32,000 nt of DNA from contig NZ_CP066018.1 of assembly GCF_016127575.1 (NCBI RefSeq), forward strand, positions 1,620,001-1,652,000, given 5' to 3'. The notes below the pieces were generated by a model, which saw only the letters and a list, made by a program, of their open reading frames with translations, was not told the DNA's origin and made no database searches. Position 1 is the first letter of the stretch; the number at the start of each line of letters is the position of its first letter. Origin of the DNA: Cupriavidus necator. Its GTDB lineage: Bacteria > Pseudomonadota > Gammaproteobacteria > Burkholderiales > Burkholderiaceae. The translations under genes and the position numbers were made by a program. Below, in pieces: positions 30,306 to 32,000 of this stretch.

Positions 30306-30335
30306 CATCACTCCCGCCTGGCGGTGGGAGTGATG
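30306..30335 (+). other. 13-bp stem-loop immediately after the atpD stop
   Basis: CATCACTCCCGCC pairs with GGCGGTGGGAGTGATG (12 Watson-Crick pairs plus 1 G-U, 4-nt loop). A second GGCCGG/CCGGCC hairpin follows. No U-tract is present. Confidence 0.45.
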
Positions 30336-30393
30336 GCCGGCCACCCCTGCGTGTCCGGCCGCCTGAGCAAAGCGATTGGAGAAAGGATCTGAT

Positions 30394-30810
30394 ATGGCAA
30401 CCATTCTTGTAGACGTCGTCAGCGCGGAAGCGTCGATCTTCTCCGGCCAGGCGAAGTTCGTGGCGCTGCCGGGCGAGTCGGGTGAACTGGGCATTCTGCC
30501 GGGCCACACGCCGCTGATCACGCGCATCCAGCCGGGTGCGGTGCGGATCGAGAAGGAAGACGGCAGCGAAGAGTTCGTGTTCGTTGCCGGCGGCATTCTC
30601 GAAGTCCAGCCCAAGCACGTCACCGTGCTGGCCGACACCGCTATCCGCGGTGGCGACCTGGACGAAGCCAAGGCGCAGGAAGCCAAGCGTGCTGCCGAAG
30701 AGCTGATGCAGAACCAGAGCAGCGATCTGGATCTGGCACGCGCTCAGAGCGAGCTCGCCGTGGCGGCTGCCCAACTGGCTGCCATCGCCCGCCTGCGTCG
30801 TAAGAAGTAA
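30394..30810 (+). CDS. atpC: F0F1 ATP synthase subunit epsilon
   Basis: The start is placed at the ATG at 30394 ([18 protein letters not shown]). An AAAGGA SD lies upstream. The track start at 30376 is a TTG. Confidence 0.9.
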   Translation: MATILVDVVSAEASIFSGQAKFVALPGESGELGILPGHTPLITRIQPGAVRIEKEDGSEEFVFVAGGILEVQPKHVTVLADTAIRGGDLDEAKAQEAKRAAEELMQNQSSDLDLARAQSELAVAAAQLAAIARLRRKK

Positions 30811-30860
30811 GCAATTAGTGGCTTGTCGCGCTGTTGTTTTTCTGGCGCGACAATGAAAAA

Positions 30861-30885
30861 GGCAGCCGCATGGCTGCCTTTTTCT
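30861..30885 (+). terminator. Rho-independent terminator of the atp operon
   Basis: GGCAGCC-GCAT-GGCTGCC followed by TTTTTCTT. It is preceded by a second hairpin, TTGTCGCGC/GCGCGACAA (30823-30853). Confidence 0.85.
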
Positions 30886-30919
30886 TGGGCGTGGCGATAT
30901 GCTTTTATCCCGCCTGGAC

Positions 30920-30954
30920 AAAAAAAAGCGCGCGGGCCGGGGAGGCTCCGCGCG
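30920..30954 (-). terminator. Rho-independent terminator oriented for minus-strand transcription (orphan)
   Basis: On the minus strand: CGCGCGG-A-GCC-TCCCC-GGC-CCGCGCG, then C, then T8 (the plus-strand A8 at 30920-27). There is no T-run on the plus-strand side. Confidence 0.7.
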
Positions 30955-31503
30955 GACGGGAAAATCCCTTCGAGGGGTCAATTCGAAGGAACGGGTTCGG
31001 TCCAGGTCGACAATCAAGGCGCAACGGATATCCAATATCCGACCAGAGGCCGCAAAGGCCACGCGCTGCAACGGTCTGCCTGGTGCTCCGGTCCAGCGGC
31101 GATCTGCTGGATCGGAAAATCGGGTTACTGCTTCAAAAGGCTTTCTTCACCACGCCCCTTTAAGTCTGCACAGCCTTATTTACTGGGGCGCCACACGCCG
31201 GACACCGGGTGTGTCAATGTATTGTGGGGGAAACTCCCCGGCATGGCAGTAACAAAATGTATCGTTTTGCAAGAAGTTGAAAGCCAGAGGCGCCGGGATC
31301 TGGCGTGTTCGGCATATTTTCACGCGTTCACATCACGTTAGCCGCAGAAACGTGTCGTTGTATTATCTTTGATGACGCGATTTCCATGTTCGCTCCCCCA
31401 CCAATCCCTGCGTGACAATTCCGGTTACGATTCAGGACGTCTGTGGCCTTCGCGTTGCGTTTTTGCATGTCCGCGGGCCCGCCCTTGTCCACCCGGAGAC
31501 GCG

Positions 31504-31944
31504 ATGCGCCCTGAGATGCAGCAAGCCATACAAGCCATGCTGGCGATGAAGACCGTGGCCGTGGTCGGCCTGTCCGACCGCCCGGAGCGTCCCAGTCATG
31601 AGGTTGCGGAATTCCTGCAGGACCATGGCTTCCGGATCGTGCCGGTCAATCCGCGTCATGCCGGCGAACGCATTCTGGGCGAGACCTGCCACGCCACGCT
31701 GCGCGAAGCCGCCGACGCTGCCGCGGCAGCCGGCAGTCCCATCGCGTGGGTCGACATCTTCCGCCGTGCCGAGGAAACGCCGGGCGTGGTCGATGAGGCC
31801 ATCGCCATTGGCGCACAGGGTGTCTGGCTGCAGCTGGGCATCGTCAACGACCACGCCGTGCGCCGCGCTGCCGATGCCGGCCTGCTGGCGGTGCAGGATT
31901 GCTGCAGCAAGGTCGAGCTGACGCGCCAGCTCGGGCTGGACTGA
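31504..31944 (+). CDS. CoA-binding domain protein (YccU/YneT-like)
   Basis: The ATG at 31504 lies 5 nt after GGAG (31495-31498). KTVAVVGLSDRPERPSHEVAEFLQDHGFRIVPVNP matches the CoA_binding_2 Rossmann pattern. The protein is 146 aa. Confidence 0.7.
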   Translation: MRPEMQQAIQAMLAMKTVAVVGLSDRPERPSHEVAEFLQDHGFRIVPVNPRHAGERILGETCHATLREAADAAAAAGSPIAWVDIFRRAEETPGVVDEAIAIGAQGVWLQLGIVNDHAVRRAADAGLLAVQDCCSKVELTRQLGLD

Positions 31945-32000
31945 TTCCCGCCCCGGCACCCTTTCTTTTTCCGCTTTCCCATCAGTCGCCAACCATGGCC

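Noticed and set aside
30823-31341. Three overlapping plus-strand ORFs (172, 109 and 117 aa) after atpC
   Set aside because: They start inside or immediately after the atp terminator and overlap each other in all three frames. They have no SD and have Arg/Gly/Cys/Trp-rich sequences. They are treated as non-coding.
31432-31992. 186-aa minus-strand ORF antisense to the CoA-binding gene
   Set aside because: It is a shadow frame. The plus-strand gene has an SD and a recognisable CoA-binding Rossmann motif.
31995-32000. ATG at 31995 that may open the next gene
   Set aside because: Only two codons fall inside the window, so it cannot be supported.

Overview
High-GC, gene-dense core chromosome from a betaproteobacterium. 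Gene order, the Bug/TctC receptor and the protein sequences suggest Burkholderiaceae of the Cupriavidus/Ralstonia type; this is inference, not verified. The right half is the classic origin-proximal block mnmG(gidA)-rsmG(gidB)-parA-parB-atpIBEFHAGDC. The left half holds the 3' end of mmsA, a GMC flavoprotein oxidoreductase and two paralogous HAAT (Liv-type) amino-acid ABC importers. One importer has the order livG-livF-SBP-livH-livM; the other has SBP, a 565-bp gap, livH, a fused livM/livG, then livF. Also present are an orphan hypothetical gene, a TauE/TSUP permease, a divergent LysR/Bug-receptor pair with an N-formylglutamate-amidohydrolase-family gene, and a small CoA-binding protein at the right end. 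I call 30 CDS, 29 on the + strand and only the LysR gene on the - strand. I saw no rRNA, tRNA, CRISPR array, transposase, integrase or phage genes, and no convincing novel multi-gene system; this reads as an ordinary housekeeping region. What the gene calls do not explain is non-coding. (1) Four parS centromere sites, three packed into the spacer upstream of mnmG and one inside mnmG. (2) A roughly 270-340 nt heavily structured leader ending in a terminator-like hairpin directly before the second SBP gene, a possible attenuator or riboswitch. (3) A strong minus-strand intrinsic terminator after atpC with no minus-strand CDS to serve, a possible sRNA. (4) A promoter-to-terminator unit after livM, a possible sRNA or 3'UTR. 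(5) A repeated TGCGCAA motif in the parB-atpI spacer. (6) Two perfect DnaA boxes inside coding genes. (7) A 28% GC islet between convergent genes. (8) A (GGTTTTTT)3 tract in front of atpE. The many long antisense ORFs in the track are high-GC shadow frames.
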